A stretch of 64,000 nucleotides of DNA from the human T2T-CHM13v2.0 reference genome, Homo sapiens: the NCBI RefSeq assembly GCF_009914755.1, contig NC_060928.1, one strand, 5' to 3'. Made by a program: the position numbers and the translations under genes. The notes beneath the pieces are model-generated. The model saw only the letters and a list, made by a program, of their open reading frames with translations, ran no database searches and was not told the DNA's origin. Positions 13,621 to 28,400 of the stretch are shown here, piece by piece. Within the stretch, counting starts at the first letter, position 1. Each line of letters starts with the position of its first letter.

Positions 13621-16600
13621 TATGGTATATATTGACCAAGGTGTGTATAGGTGTGTGTGTACATGTATACACAAATATTTATATTTATATAATATAATTG
13701 GATATATATTATATAGATTCGCCAAAGGTACTGAATAAAAAGTCATCACTGTCAACATTTTCAGACAGTTATTTCTCAACTATCATTATCTTTTACTCTT
13801 AGAAACCTAGTCCAAACATGTTTGAAACCTGTAACCATCACTTAAAATTAAAAAGAGAGAGAAATTTATATAATTCCAAACTTCATATTGGTTTGGCTAA
13901 AATGGAAGCATCTTCAAAATGATTTTTCCAGTGGAGGATGAAGTTAGCTTAGACACAGTATTTTTTTACCCAATAAGAATTTCATGTCTTTCTCTGTTGT
14001 AGGGAGAAGACTGGAAGGAAATAGAGCCTGACTCTAATTATATTTTTCTCTTGTCTATATGGCTGTTGATTAAATGACATAACTTATCAGGCATTTGTTT
14101 CTTTATTGTTAAACAAAGACAACGTCCAATCATTTAGCCTCTCTGGCCTTCAGTACCAAAGCGCAGGATAAGAGTATCTCTTTAACTGTAAGACACAAGG
14201 TTCTACTTAAATACATTTGTTTTAATTTTTATAGATTCCAAGTTTCTTTCTTCTCTAATTCAGATTAGTTATTTTTAATTGACTCTTATTTTTATTGCTT
14301 TAGAAGAAAAATCAAATGGAGTTTTAAGCAAATATATCCTTTCAGTAATCTCACGCCCAAGTAGAAGACTGTACAAACAAATAACTGAGTGAGATCATGC
14401 ATATTTTTAAATTTCAGTTTCCAAGTTGTAAAAATAAAGCAGAAATCACGGCATAAACTTCTGAACAGTACTTTTCTTAGGCTTTCTATCTTTTTCTAAC
14501 AAACTTTGAGATTTTTTTTCTCCTTTCAGTTATTTGAAACTAGCAAGTAGAACAGTGTAAGTTGCAATATGCTCATAAAAACATACAGAAAAATTAGCCT
14601 TTTCTGATTTGATTTCTGCTATTGTGTAGTTCTTCTGGGTCTAAGAATGGTGCTGTAAATAATCTGTATAAATTTGTTGATGGATTTTCCATTAGCTCCT
14701 ATGTCTTTCTTTATATTTCTTGGAAATGTCTGTCTTTCACTTCAGAGACTAAGGACACTATAATCATAGTTAACATGCAGATACAAAGATGCATCCAAGA
14801 TAACAGTCCCATTTACCACTATTAAGTTAGTAAGTGGATTGTGAATAAAGAATCAAAAAAGTAAACTAATGAAAAATTTGCTTAGATGGAAGGAAAGAAT
14901 AGTGGAAGAAAAAAATAGATTTCCTATAAATGATATAAACCAAGAGAGAAACATTGTTTTATGCATTTTTGTATTTTCTATATGAATTCAGACAATTATC
15001 TGTTCTGCATTTCTCGTGTTGTGCTTATAAATAGGTTTATTATACTTAGTACATAAAGATGCTCTAATGATTAACATGAGATCATATAATTATAGTAGCT
15101 AATAAAGTACCTAGAGTAATTATAGGAACTGTATGAAATTTAGGTCCCATGTATTGTAGTCCAACTGTGTATCTGTTGCTGGTGTCCCCTCTCAAATGTC
15201 ACACTGATGTGATTGTATTATCTAAGGCTAACATACTTCTCAAGAGAACACTCACACCCTGCAGAGGTCTACCTGTTTAATTTTAAGATCGGATTTGCTT
15301 TGTGTTTAATAGCAAAGGGATACAAAAGAATTGTTAAAGTCTGATGTACTTTCAATTTCCTACCATCTGCTTGAGGATACAAGAGTATAACATGGAGGAA
15401 GTAGAAAATATCAGATTATAGAGGTAAACAGATGCTACGTCTTCTGGCAAAACACTGGAAATAGTAAGAATTTAAGAGGGGATACTATGAGGGTCAAATC
15501 AGGAAGCTTTGCAAGGGAGGTAGTCAGGAGGCATGCAATAAAGGAAGCTGAAAGAAAAGTTAGGCAGAAATTAGCAGGGTAAATACAGTAAGAAATATCA
15601 AGAATATTGACTGGAATATTCTTGGTATTTTTATGTTGGCAAAAAGATGAAAATCAAGTTGCATGGTTAGAGCGAGACTAAACTGGAACTCTGGAAAATA
15701 TATTGACAGGTGCTTTCAGCCCTTAAGAATTCTTAAACCAATGGGCGTTTCCCAGCCAGAGGGAATTTCTTTGGGCTTAGCAACTCTAAGACTTGTTTAA
15801 ATGGCCTATCACAAGGTATAGCGTCTATTTTCCAAGGGTAACTTTGTTCAAAATATTCTTAAGAGTGAACACTGCCTGTTTCTCATAGTGCATATGAATC
15901 TTCGTCTTTTTAATAAAGCCTCCCCAAAAGATAGCAATATTAATGCCATGCTATAATTTATTTCTATACACACAAAGTGAATATTTTTATAAAATAAAAG
16001 GCTGCAGAATAAGCCATTCAAGAAGATTACATTCAAACTGATATATATAGGTAAAGTAGTGATAAATCACACTCAACAAGAACTTCTGTATAGTGATAAA
16101 GCTCCGAAGCTTCAGAGTGGTCAGTGTATTAAACATTCAAGAAGAACATAAGGTGGATAGACATGTGTTATAAGAGAACAAGAATATCAAGGTGAGTTTT
16201 TCCCTTGTTTTTCTTTGTTTTCCTGGATATATGTTGGTAACTAACTGGAGACAGAGCCAAGCAACCCCAATTAATTCAGCACAGTTTGGCACAATTGGCA
16301 CCTCCTGCTGAGAAGAGACAATATCTGAGCTAAGCAAAAGGTGTGAATTGGCTCTTCCTACTTAAAAAGCTGCCCCCAGGTGAGTATTACCAATGTTACC
16401 TGCAGTGCTTTCTCGGGGCAGCTAACACTGCAGGTTGCTGGTATCATACTCAGCTAGCCAGTAAAAAAAGACCAATGTGCACCCTTGTCCCTAAATTTGA
16501 AAAAAATCTGGCCATCCTGGAGTTGAGATTGGTGAGAGTGTTCGTGTGGGTAATCGTGTGTACATGTGTGTTTATATATGAGGTTGATTTGCTAAAGTTG

Positions 16601-18199
16601 CTGAATCTGGTAAAAAAAAAAAATCCATGAATCTTCAGTTTTGCTTTTGAGAGGGAATGTGCACACTCTTAAATGTCTGCTGCCAAGGGTACAGTTTTTA
16701 CTATCCATTTGTATTAAAATCTCTTCAGCTTGCCATCACATCTCTTAGAGCCTTTTTCCCTATCTTTTGGCAATACAGTGTCAATTATTTTGGAACCAAA
16801 TCTATAAGGAATTTTTGAAAAAAAAAATCCTGCATTTTATTCAAAGAAAAGCAAATTTATTAATGCAAATCTGAGAAGTCAGTGGGTCTGGATCCTATTT
16901 GAAGATGAGGTTAACAGCTCATTTTATTTTTACTATCATAGGGAAATAATGGTATGATGGAATAGATAATAAAAACTGGATTTTCATTAGTAATTAGGAG
17001 TCCTAATAGATTGTTCTTCTTGGTGGGACATTTAACAAGCTTTGCAAGCTCTTCATCTTTTTGTCAATAGAGGTAACTGTTTCATTAGCATGGATATTTA
17101 TAAGTTGTTTAAGAAGTTTTTGAGGTAAAGAAGTTTTAGAGTAAATGAGGTTTTTGTAGAAAATGAGGGAAAATTGTCTTCAACTAAATTCTGGCACTAC
17201 ATGCTTTAGTAATCTTAAGAATTATTGTATACCTGGGAAGTGTTAGAACTTTACCTGAACTATTTTCAGTGCTATAAAATGGAGTGTTCCATTTTCCAAT
17301 TCCTACAATTGAATGTCGGATTGGATGATGCTTCCTCAGCTCTTCCATCGCCCTCCAGGCAACATATGTTATTAAACCACAGACAGTCACCAGGGAGAGC
17401 TGTGAGCATGTGGGAAATTAGGGTTCCTAAGTAGAGAGAAGTTGGTAAATCTATAAAATTGTGGATAATCTCTCTCTTGGGCCATCTCTCTACTTTAAAT
17501 TATCCCTGTTAACCAAAATAAACTCAAGGAATCATTCCATGGTTAATGTGCTTTGATATATTTTGCTCAGTTGTGGACAGGAGGTCTGTCTTAGGTTTCT
17601 AGAACAAATGTTTTCTCTAGGTACTCAATGCTATTGATTTTGTGGCCAAAGGCACGTGATCAATGATGTGACAGTTGCAGTCTGAAAGTTATTGGGGCAG
17701 GAAACTTAGTAATGATGAGCTAACCTCAAAAGGCTTCACGTCGAGATGTTTATCTGGACCTCTTGCCTTCTCAAAATTGGGAAGAAATCCTGAGAGAGCT
17801 ACTTTTTGCAAGGGTTCTGTTGACACATACTTCATGTCAGGTCAAAAATGCCATAAGAGCATCTTCCCCACTGTATTTTAGCTGAAGGGCAATAAACTCT
17901 TAGAGGGCACCATTAAAAAAATAAAATTGTGTTTGTTATATAATAGAGAGAGGTGACAGGGAGAGTTTATGACTTCAAGTTCTGTAAAAAGGATCAAGTT
18001 ACATTCCGTATTCATTTTCAAGCATAAATGAGGGCATCCAAAAATTAAATTTTCTCTACTTGCAGAAACATCAGTTGATAAATATACTTCTTCTGTAGCT
18101 GTATTTATAAAATGGTTTTACAGTATCATCTTATGCTCATCGAATTCTTTACTATGTCTGTTTTATGTTCATAGAATTCTTAAAACTATGATATTATTC

Positions 18200-18720
18200 A
18201 TCTAGCAGGTACTGACATATTACTATGCAGTAGGTACCATGCTAGAGGCTGAGGATTAAAAGATAATGCTTTATGTGTAATCCTTTCCTTTAAGATATCC
18301 TACAGTCTATTTATTCATACATGTTACATTGCAATGTGTTAATCACAACAAGTGTAATCCATGCAAGAAGAGGGAGAACAAATTTATATACATGAAGAAG
18401 GCCATTAGGAAAGCCTCCTGGAAGAAGCATTGAGATTAGCAGAAAATTTGCATAGAAACTTGTTAGAGAGATAAAATACAAAGGCAGTACCTTTTGCAAA
18501 GGCCTAAGGAAGAGAAACCTCATGGCCATTTTACCATATGGAGTTTAATAATCCTAGATCACGGAGGGTGGCTTGAGAAAGAAAAAGTAGAGAGAAATTA
18601 GGCTGAAACTGGGCCCAAGTAAACTCATGAATGGCATTAAATAACCTGCTAGGGAACTTGACTTTACCGGTAGGCAATGAACCATCACTTAAAGGTTGTA
18701 AGCAGAGAAGAAAGACACAT
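18200..18720 (-). mobile_element. L2 LINE relic
   Basis: tactatgcagtaggtaccatgctagaggctgaggat...ggaaagcctcctggaagaag...gcaaaggcctaagg. Confidence 0.55.
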
Positions 18721-20799
18721 CTAGACTTGTAACGGTAGATGAGCTGACCAAGTATAAAGCACTTGTCAGCCAAAGAGGCAAGGATGGTCCTGACTGTGTA
18801 TCTCTCTCTGTACCAGTTTGCCCAAAAGTATGACTGCAATAGTTCCAAGAGGTGATATACTTCCAAGGGAACTGAAATAGTAATAATAATCTTCCTTCTA
18901 GTGATATTTTTGCATATTTTGTGAAAAATGTGAGCAATTTGGCAAATTATACATATGCCCCCTAAGCATGCCCACTGAATGAAAAATGATATCATGAAAG
19001 AGTTTACATATTTTTCACACTAGCCTTGTTTACTTGTTTTAAAAATAGTGGCTGTTTGCATTTTTAAGATGATACCATTATGCCATGAAAAGATACTGCA
19101 TAGCGTATTACCAGGGTACATTGAACACGCTGGAAAGTTAGGCTTGTTATAGACAAAGGGATATGTACATGGTCCCTATTTTACAGCATTAAAAGATACA
19201 GTAGAAAAGAAGGAATTTTTGAGTCTAATATCTGTAGCTAATACTATGAAACATGTGCCTCTGGATAGATGTCTTACCCACTGGCTTTTCTCGTAAATAA
19301 AATATAGTAGTACTTTTTAAAAACTGCCTATTGATTAATTTGAAAGAAAAATCCACTCATAAGCTGAGTGTCTGATATCTTGTTTCAAAACTGAGGATTT
19401 TTTGAGTATTATTTAGATATTTCATTGATATGAAAACGGAACACTTGAGACTACAGACAGCAGAATGCCCGAGGCAACCAAGCATACCAAAATATACTGC
19501 ACAGAGAGACTTTTACTACTCCTGCTATTTAAAGACCTATTTTCATGAGCTTATTAGCTACTAGTGATCCCGAAGGAGAAATACAATTAAAACTTAATCA
19601 TACCAAAAGCTGGGATTCTTCTGATTCAGCGAACTTGTAATCTATTATATTTAGTAGTTTACTTGTAAATGTCTGAAGGCTGAGAATGAGAATCATATAA
19701 ATGGACTTCATTCCGTAGTGATACAACTGCTTTGAACTCACACCACAGGACTTGCCTTTTCTGCATGTACTTCACTCTGTCGGACCCTCCCTTTTTCTTT
19801 ACACTTTTCAGGGTTTCTAAAGTGTGGCATCTCTCTTCTCTTTTGTGAAAGCACAATAGCTTCCGTTCCCTTTAACTGTCATATTACACCATTCCCCAGA
19901 TTTCACATATGAAATTAAATCCTTACAAAATAGATGATGCTGAAGAATTTGATCCCACATTAGCAAGTCAAGTCAAGAGTTGAGAGATACAGAGAAACCA
20001 CGCTCAGATGATCCTATATTTGCGTAGGAGCTCGGGTGAACAGGCGGATTCTATTACTGAGAATACTAAGAGGACAACGCTGTTTCATTTACAAATATTG
20101 ATTCTCATGCGTATCCCTACCCTCACCCCTACCATCACCACTGCCTTCTGTTATGGGATAACGTGAGCTTCCTTAAGGCCACGTCAAATAGAAAGAAGCA
20201 ATGAGAGAAGAAGGGAGGGTGGACGTTGCTTTCCATGAAGTTTTCACTCCAGGTGTCATTCAGGGGCCACTCCACGTGGTTGTTGCGGAAGGCAGCCTGC
20301 TTAGAGTAAAACACGCATGGCAGGAGACACTGGGCAACCAGGGATTCTGCTGGTCTTGCAGCCACTTGCCAAGTCGTTTCCTCTGTGCAGCTTCTGTGGG
20401 GACATCGACAAGCAGCTTTGCCGGCAGCTGGTGCCACAGAGGTGATCTTCTTATCCAGCAGAGAATCAAAGCCTTTCAGAAGGGAAAGGAAGAATTGAAA
20501 TGGTTTGTGTGTCGCTTGGGAGCAGAACTTGATACTCTAATGGGTACTTTCATTCCATATTTCTTTAGAGTCTACTAGTTTTAGGAACTGAATTTATTTC
20601 AAAATGAGGCTATGCAAGTATTTTGACTCAAATTGTAATTATTTCTGTATTCTCTCCTATCTTTCTATGGGGAAAAAGCACAAAGAACACTGTACTTGGG
20701 GTTCTCACTACCAAATTAAGGTTCACTTATAATTTTGACTAAATTAAATGAAAGAACAAAGATAGCAGCCCCAAAAGAAGAATTATAGGTAAGACTATA

Positions 20800-21132
<333 letters not shown>

Positions 21133-21263
21133 CTAAAGGATCTCATTAGTACTTAGGTTTTGGGTAGGGTCTACCAATAGCTCTCCTGATAAGGGGATTT
21201 TCTTAGGGAGAATCCAGTACCAATATCTTTACTAGGATTCTCTTGCTTTAGTCTTGCTCCTAA

Positions 21264-21629
<366 letters not shown>

Positions 21630-22849
21630 TGATTTAATGTTTGGAAAGTTTTGCCATTTAGTGTTAGATTTTTTTTTTTTTTAGTCTATCTTGAAATAAT
21701 TGGGACAAATTGTCACTTATAAATACACCATTTTTGAAAAGAATGAGTGGCAACAAAACTATCCAGTAGTACTGACGAGCTCCATTCTCTCCTTTCTGTA
21801 CAAAAAGAGAGCTAGACTTTTCCTGCTGGGGCAGAGATCATTTGTCTTCTTACACAGCCCTAGAATTCATCACCATCAACTTTAGGAAAATTGTTCTAAA
21901 AGTGACACAACTGTGCATTGATTTACACAAAGTGTTTACAGATCAAACTTGTACAAGAGGATAAAAATATTTCCATTTATTCCTTTTCCATTAATAAATT
22001 ACCATTTAAGTTTTAATTCATGAATTATCATATTAATAAATTACCTACTGTATGCCAGACACACTTCTTGGAACTTGGGAGATTCCTGTGAACAAAATAA
22101 ACAGTGAATGATCCTTGGCTTTATAGGGCTTACATTTCTGGCAATAGATATAAAATAGATAATAAGATATATATAAAATAAGCTTTTATACATATATATG
22201 TATATAAAATAGGCTCCAAATTTGAACAACATGTCTTCTTGTTATTTACCCATAAATAGCACCTAAATTAAAAATGGCTTATGTAGAAAGCTTTAACTGT
22301 TATTCTAAACAAAAACAAGAAAGACCATGTCTAGACAAACAGCTAAAGTTGTGTGTGTCCATTCAATAACACTTACGGAGTGCTTATTATTGACCAGGCA
22401 ATATTCTGAGCATTATTTTCTCCACAAGCTTATTTTACACTTCAAATATCTTTTAAGATAGTCATTACTATTATCTGCATTTTACAGGTGGAAGTACTTA
22501 TAGGTGAAGCATTGAAGTTAAACTACATGTCCTAGATAATAGAGATTACTATTTTCTCTTTCTCATATTTAAAACGATACTAATACTGTTTTCCTCCTTA
22601 AGAGGACCATGTGAAATTCCTTATTCACATGAACTGATGTTGTCTGAACCATGATAGAGGTCCTCCAAAAGTTATTCCCTTTATCCCTTTCTGCAATATT
22701 CAGGTTACATGATAGAATTCGACTTCTTTTCCTTCTGTACTTATTTATACCAAATTCCAGTTTATCTTGCATGTAATTTTATTCCAACTTCCCTTAATTA
22801 ACGATCTGCAAAACAATACTCCAGTTTATGTAATATAAAAATAATAGCA

Positions 22850-23075
22850 AACATTCACAAAGCATTTCCTATATTCTAAGTTCTATTTAAAAATCTTTAC
22901 CTATATTAATTCATCTTAATATTTTTGATAGGTAATATTATTATCATCCCCATTAGGCAGACAAGGAAACTGAGGCACAGAAGAATCAGATACTTTGACT
23001 GGGATCCACATGTGATGAATGTGGAGCCCAGATTCAAATGGAGACATCTGGGTCTGAGGGCTTCTGCTCCGAAGT
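22850..23075 (-). mobile_element. MIR SINE
   Basis: MIR core attattatcatccccatt...ggaaactgaggcacaga...ggagcccagattcaaa. Confidence 0.75.
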
Positions 23076-23451
23076 CCTGCATGGACATGCTTGTATATAT
23101 TTATACCATTAAAGGAGTCAGTTTCAAAAATTGAGTCTCATTATGGGGAAAATTTGAAGATCCATTCCATAGCTTTGGATATTTGGGCTTTTTATACATT
23201 CAAACAACGCTGAGGTCAGGAATCAGTGTCAAGCACTCAAAGATAAATATCTCTTTATGGGCTAACACTTCCTTCCAACCCAAAATGCTGACCACTGGGT
23301 GCCTTTCTGTCTGGTGCCACATTTTCACCAGCCACATGTGAAGAATTGCCTTATAATCTCGCAAGTTTGCAGGGTCACAGTCCTGCAAACATGCTAATTA
23401 GCAACATTTCAGATCCAAAGCCTGCGAAGCTAAGCACAAATTATAAACCTA

Positions 23452-23453
<2 letters not shown>

Positions 23454-23485
<32 letters not shown>
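23454..23485. repeat. (TG)16 microsatellite
   Basis: Read directly. Flanked by 11-bp direct repeats. Confidence 0.95.
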
Positions 23486-23489
<4 letters not shown>

Positions 23490-24379
23490 AAACCTAACCC
23501 AACTGGCTAAATCATATTAACTTTTGTGAAAAATTTGATCCTGGGTTATGATTTGTGACATACTATGAATTTGAAAATCATACCAAACTGCGTCTGGAAA
23601 GAAGAAATATAATTAATAGGTTTGGAAACCCTTTTAACTTTTAGTAACTGTAATCAGTGATACATTTCTAGCAGCACATTTTTTTTTTCCTACAAGCTGT
23701 TTACAAAGGAATTGTACTGCGACGCACTTCATTCTGATTTGTTTTTCTCTTTTAATGCTGTTGAAACAGAATTTGTTCTCAGCCAGTGAAGGATAATCTA
23801 ACATAAGGCTTTTACAGATATAAAAGATTGGCTATTATCTCTTTTTGCCTTCAGACACTTAAAAAATACATAAATATTGAAAATGTTCAAGTACCCATTT
23901 ATACATTATTACTGAAAACTAAGTATTGGCAGGTATTTCATTCACTGTATCTTGCATTTCACAAAATTCTGAAATTTCAAATTTGCAGGTAATCTTGGAA
24001 GATGGAGGAGAGGTTGTTATTTTTCTCAGCTTGCCTCATTTTATCTGAGAAGCATAAGGGGAAATGATACACCCAGGAGCTTTATTAACCACCATAAATA
24101 TAGAACCTAGAGCTTATTTCTAAGATTTATCTATTCTGAAAGTATCAATACTACCTAAAAGCAAATTATTATGAAAAATGGTTGCTATTTTAGCTATCTG
24201 CTCATCATTTCTCTTGGAATCTTTGTTCGGAGCCATGGATATAACATTCCAGAAAATAACAGCAGAGATTTCTTGTCAATCTTTCATAGACCTTGGTTAT
24301 CCTCCACCGTCATCAGGGTTTTTCATCGACCTTGACATCAGATCTACCTACGGACATTGTTGTTCGAAGCAATGATCAT

Positions 24380-24945
24380 AAAGCTTTTTATTGAGTGCTT
24401 AATATGTCCTGGGCATTTTGGTAAGCACTATACAAACGTTATCTCAATTAATCCTGTCAACAAACATACAAAAGAAATACTATTCATATCCTCATCTTAA
24501 AAGTGTGGAAACTGCCAGGTGTGGTGGCTCATGCCTGTAATCCCAGCACTTTGGGAGGCCGAGGCAGTGGATCACGTGAGGTCAGGAGTTCAAGACCAGC
24601 CTGGCCAACATGGTGAAACCCTGTCCCTACAAAAACACAAAAATTAGCCGGGCATGATGGTGGGTGCCTGTAATCCCAGCTACTAGGGGGGCTGAGGCTG
24701 GAGAATCGCTTGAACCCAGGAGGCGGGGTTACAGTGAGCCGAGATCTCACCACTGCACTCCAGTCTGGGTGACAGAGACTCCATCTCAAAAAAAAGAAAA
24801 AAAGCAAAAAAAAAAAAAAAAAAAAGTGAAGGAACTAAGATCTAGAGAGGCAAGTAACATTTGCCAAGTTCACATGGCAAATGTCACCCATGAATATAAT
24901 TTTAGTTAATTTGGCTTCAGAAGCTAAGTCTTAACCCATTAGGCT
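24380..24945 (-). mobile_element. MIR SINE interrupted by an Alu
   Basis: attgagtgcttaatatgtcctgggca...ggaaact[Alu]...agagaggcaagtaacatttgccaagttcacatggc. Confidence 0.65.
24514..24825 (+). mobile_element. AluS
   Basis: Full Alu body, long A tail, degenerate TSD AAAAGTG..GGAACT. Confidence 0.95.
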
Positions 24946-25339
24946 ATTTTGATGAGAATGTTCTTGAAGCCGTCAAGGTGGTGCATTTGAGGGCGTATTT
25001 CTGTAGTGGCACTTATATAAAATGATCGCTGAGAAATCTCCCAATTTTTATTTTTATGAAACTTGAAATAAAATTGGAGACATATTTCTATTCAATCACA
25101 AAAAGTAACTTCAGTAGATTGTGTTTCCATGAAGTAATTAGAGGTCTGTGATAAATTAGCTAGTGAACTATATTTTGTTTATTATTTTCTCTCTAAAGTT
25201 TCTTACCTCTGCTCCAATATGGTATGAACTATTGTACACAAGAGCCTATCTGAGAATAATAGCCTCAACCAGACTTGGAATCCATATATCTCATTGCAAA
25301 CTAGATTGATTTACTAATTGGCTGCCAGTAGTGGGCGGA

Positions 25340-25805
25340 TGTTATTCATTCCTTCGGATGTCCTGACAAATCACCAAAAGTCTGCTGGCTTAAAACAACA
25401 GAATATTCTCTCCCACCTTTGGAGGCCAAAAGTCTGAAATCAATTTATCAGTAGGGCCACACTTCCTCCGAAGACTGTGGGAAGGAATCCTTTGCCACTT
25501 TCAGCCTCTGGTGGCTGCAGGAGTTTCCTTGGCTTGTGGCCACATCACTTCTCTTTCTGCCTCCATTTTCACCTGGCCTTCTTCTTCTTCTCTGCATCTT
25601 ATCCTCTTCTCTGTATGCCTCTAGTAACGACACTTACCATGGGCTTTAGAACACACTCCAGTGGTCTCATCTTGAGATCCTTAAATTAGTTACATCTATG
25701 GAGACCTTTTCTCCCAAGTCACATCCACAGGTTCTGGGAACTAGAACACGTATATTAGAACACATAAATATATTGTGGTGGGGTGGGGGCTATTATTTTC
25801 CAACA
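25340..25805 (-). mobile_element. MLT1C-like ERVL-MaLR solo LTR
   Basis: ggcttaaaacaacagaa...ggaggccaaaagtctgaaatcaa...ccttggcttgtggccacatcact...cacaggttctggg. Confidence 0.75.
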
Positions 25806-27529
25806 GCAGTGGAACATGAAATATGAAATGATCCTTAGATTTCTGTAGACTGAGGACTAGAAGTTGAGTTGGACCATTAATTGAAGGAAGGCAAACAGAA
25901 AGAAAGAAGCACAGAGAGATGAAGAAAGAGAGGATGTAATGTGTTTTATTGTGGACCTATTAAGATTGGAATACTAGTGTTTAGTTTGTAGCTCCAGAAA
26001 GAGGTCAGGATTGGAAAGAGAGATTTTTGTAACTCCTTATCATTCATCGAAGGTAAAGTCAGGAGAGTGTTTAAGTTTGACTAAGGAGAGATAATAAGTA
26101 AGCAAAGTGGGTTGAGAAAGAAATGAAAGAGAATATCACAGGGCATTGCTTTCATTAATATAATGCATTATGGCAGAAGAGGGGAGCTATCAAGAGAGAC
26201 TGAAAAAGAGTGTTCAGTTTGGGGTAGCCAGAAATAATGTATTATGTGAAATACATGGATCATACAAGAGGGGAATCCAGGAAATGCAACAGAGGAAAGG
26301 TGAATTCAGGATGATGCCAAATATAAACAGCCTATTTCACAATGGTATCAGAAATCACATCTGTGTATTGCTAAAACCTCACCTCTATCTTCTTTACCCA
26401 GTGCTTATTCATTGAATATTAACTGTCAGTTGGATTCCATACCTTTTAATTTCTCTCTAGCTTTTTATTTGGGTCCTAGCATGTGGACCAGAATGCGGTA
26501 TAATTTTACTCTATAGCAAACTGACCAGTATGATAAATATCTGTGGTTGTCACTGTTAGACCTGACCCATGGTCCCCATAGACCAGAAGGTTCTGAGTGA
26601 CTGATTTTCTTCTCCCTTTGTGTACATGAGGATAGTTAGTGATTCTGTCTATTAGACTAAGCAAGTAAACAACCTTGGCCCTTTGGGCCACAAGGATGAC
26701 AGTGGCAGTAGGCTCAAGTTGCCTCCTGTCATTTTGTTGGCTTTTTTCTTCCCAACTATTGTTTTGTTTGGTTTTGATAAAAGTACAACTTTGAATTTAT
26801 AGCTTAAGAAAACTTATCTGTATAAACCTTGCACCTAAACCTAGTATTGGCAGTGTTTCTTAAACTTGTATCATTATGGTCCCCCAAACGAGCCTTTTTA
26901 GATATTTTCTATTCCTAATTACCATGTACCCATTAGATTTTCATACCAAAGATATATGTACTGTGCTATTTGGAGAAACAAAAACCATGGTAATATAAGA
27001 ACTTTTTTTTGGTAACCTTCCCCTTTTAAACCAATTTTTTGCCCCTATAAGCAATACCAACCTCCCCAGAAGGCCTGGATTAGGGTCTTCGTGTTAAAGT
27101 TCGTTTTAGCATCTGCAATGATGAATGACGTTCTAGTCCACAGAAGCATTATTTGGCTTCAAATTAGGGATTATTTTATGTCAGGGAGAGCATATTTTAC
27201 TTGCTTTTCCTCCACTGTAGATTTGGGCACATTATTAATACAGCTAATGAAAATTTAACTTCATAGATACTTATTGCTGAAGTTAAATTTTTATCACTAT
27301 TACTTATGATTTAATTTTAATCAAGTGCCACACTGTAGTGGGTGCCTCCTTCAGTCCATGCCTTGACAAGATGTATTGCTCGGGAATGACCTACGTTAGT
27401 CATCTACTGGACTTAGTCACACAGAAAGGAAATTCAAAAGCATTCCCACCTATTAATATCAATCTTTACTTTTTTAGCTGTAATCATGGAACCCCATTTG
27501 AGACTATATTCTCAGTACATTAATTGAAG

Positions 27530-28400
27530 ATATGTACTGATTTTCCACCCCCCAAACTTGCTTCTTCAAAAGTATTCAGTAAATAAAAACTACTTTTTGG
27601 TGTGGTTGCTCAGGTCAGAATTTTTGGAGTTATTCTGTTAGCCTAACTCAGTCTGTACAACCAATTACCAGTAAACCCTGTCAACTCTGCCTTCAAAGCA
27701 AAGCCAGAATCTTGCCACTTCTAACCCTCATCATAGCCCAAGTCACAATTGTCTCCCACCTCAATTATCATAAAGCCCTATTTACTGTATGCCTGATTCC
27801 ATCCTTGCTCTTTACAATCTGATTTCAGCATCACGCCACAGACTCTGTTAAAACTGAATTTATGCCATGTCATCCTTCTGCTCACAACCAACCAATAACT
27901 CCCATCTCGTTCAGTGTAAAAGCCGAGTCCTCACCGTGGCCTCTGAGGCCCTGGGTGATGGGTCTTCACTGCATCTTCTTTCCTCCTCCTGCTCACTTGG
28001 CTCGGGCCACATGGATCTCTTGGTTCTTTCTTGGATGGTCTAAAACCATTCCCACCTCAAGGCCTCTGTATTATTATTTAATCCTCATGTGTCCTCATGG
28101 TTTGTTTTCTCACCTTCTTCTTACCCCAAGTCAAATATCTGCACATTAGTGAGGTCTTCCCTGGCCACCACGTTTGTAAATAGCCAAAATGAAAATAGAA
28201 ACATTTTGGGGATGTCTTGTCCCTTATTCTCTGCTTTATTTTTCTCTCAACGTTTGAACTAACAACATGTTACATATTTATAAAATATTCTTCTATCTCC
28301 ACCCGCCATAAAGTCCTGCTAGGACACAAATTTTATCTTCTTTTTCATTTCTGTATGTCTAATGTCCAGCAAATAGGTGCTCAGAAATATTTCTTGAGTG
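27530..28400 (+). mobile_element. L2 LINE 3' portion
   Basis: tcaactctgccttcaaa...gtgaggtcttccctggccac...aataggtgctcagaaatatttcttgagtg (L2 3' end). Confidence 0.7.

Noticed and set aside
16460-16470. Minus-strand TTTTTTA slippery-like heptamer upstream of the pseudoknot candidate
   Set aside because: The spacer of about 25 nt is far longer than the usual 5-9 nt, and there is no credible ORF pair.
24194-24335. Possible + strand exon after gctattttag (YLLIISLGIFVRSHG...)
   Set aside because: The acceptor is weak, there is no convincing donor and the peptide is not recognised.
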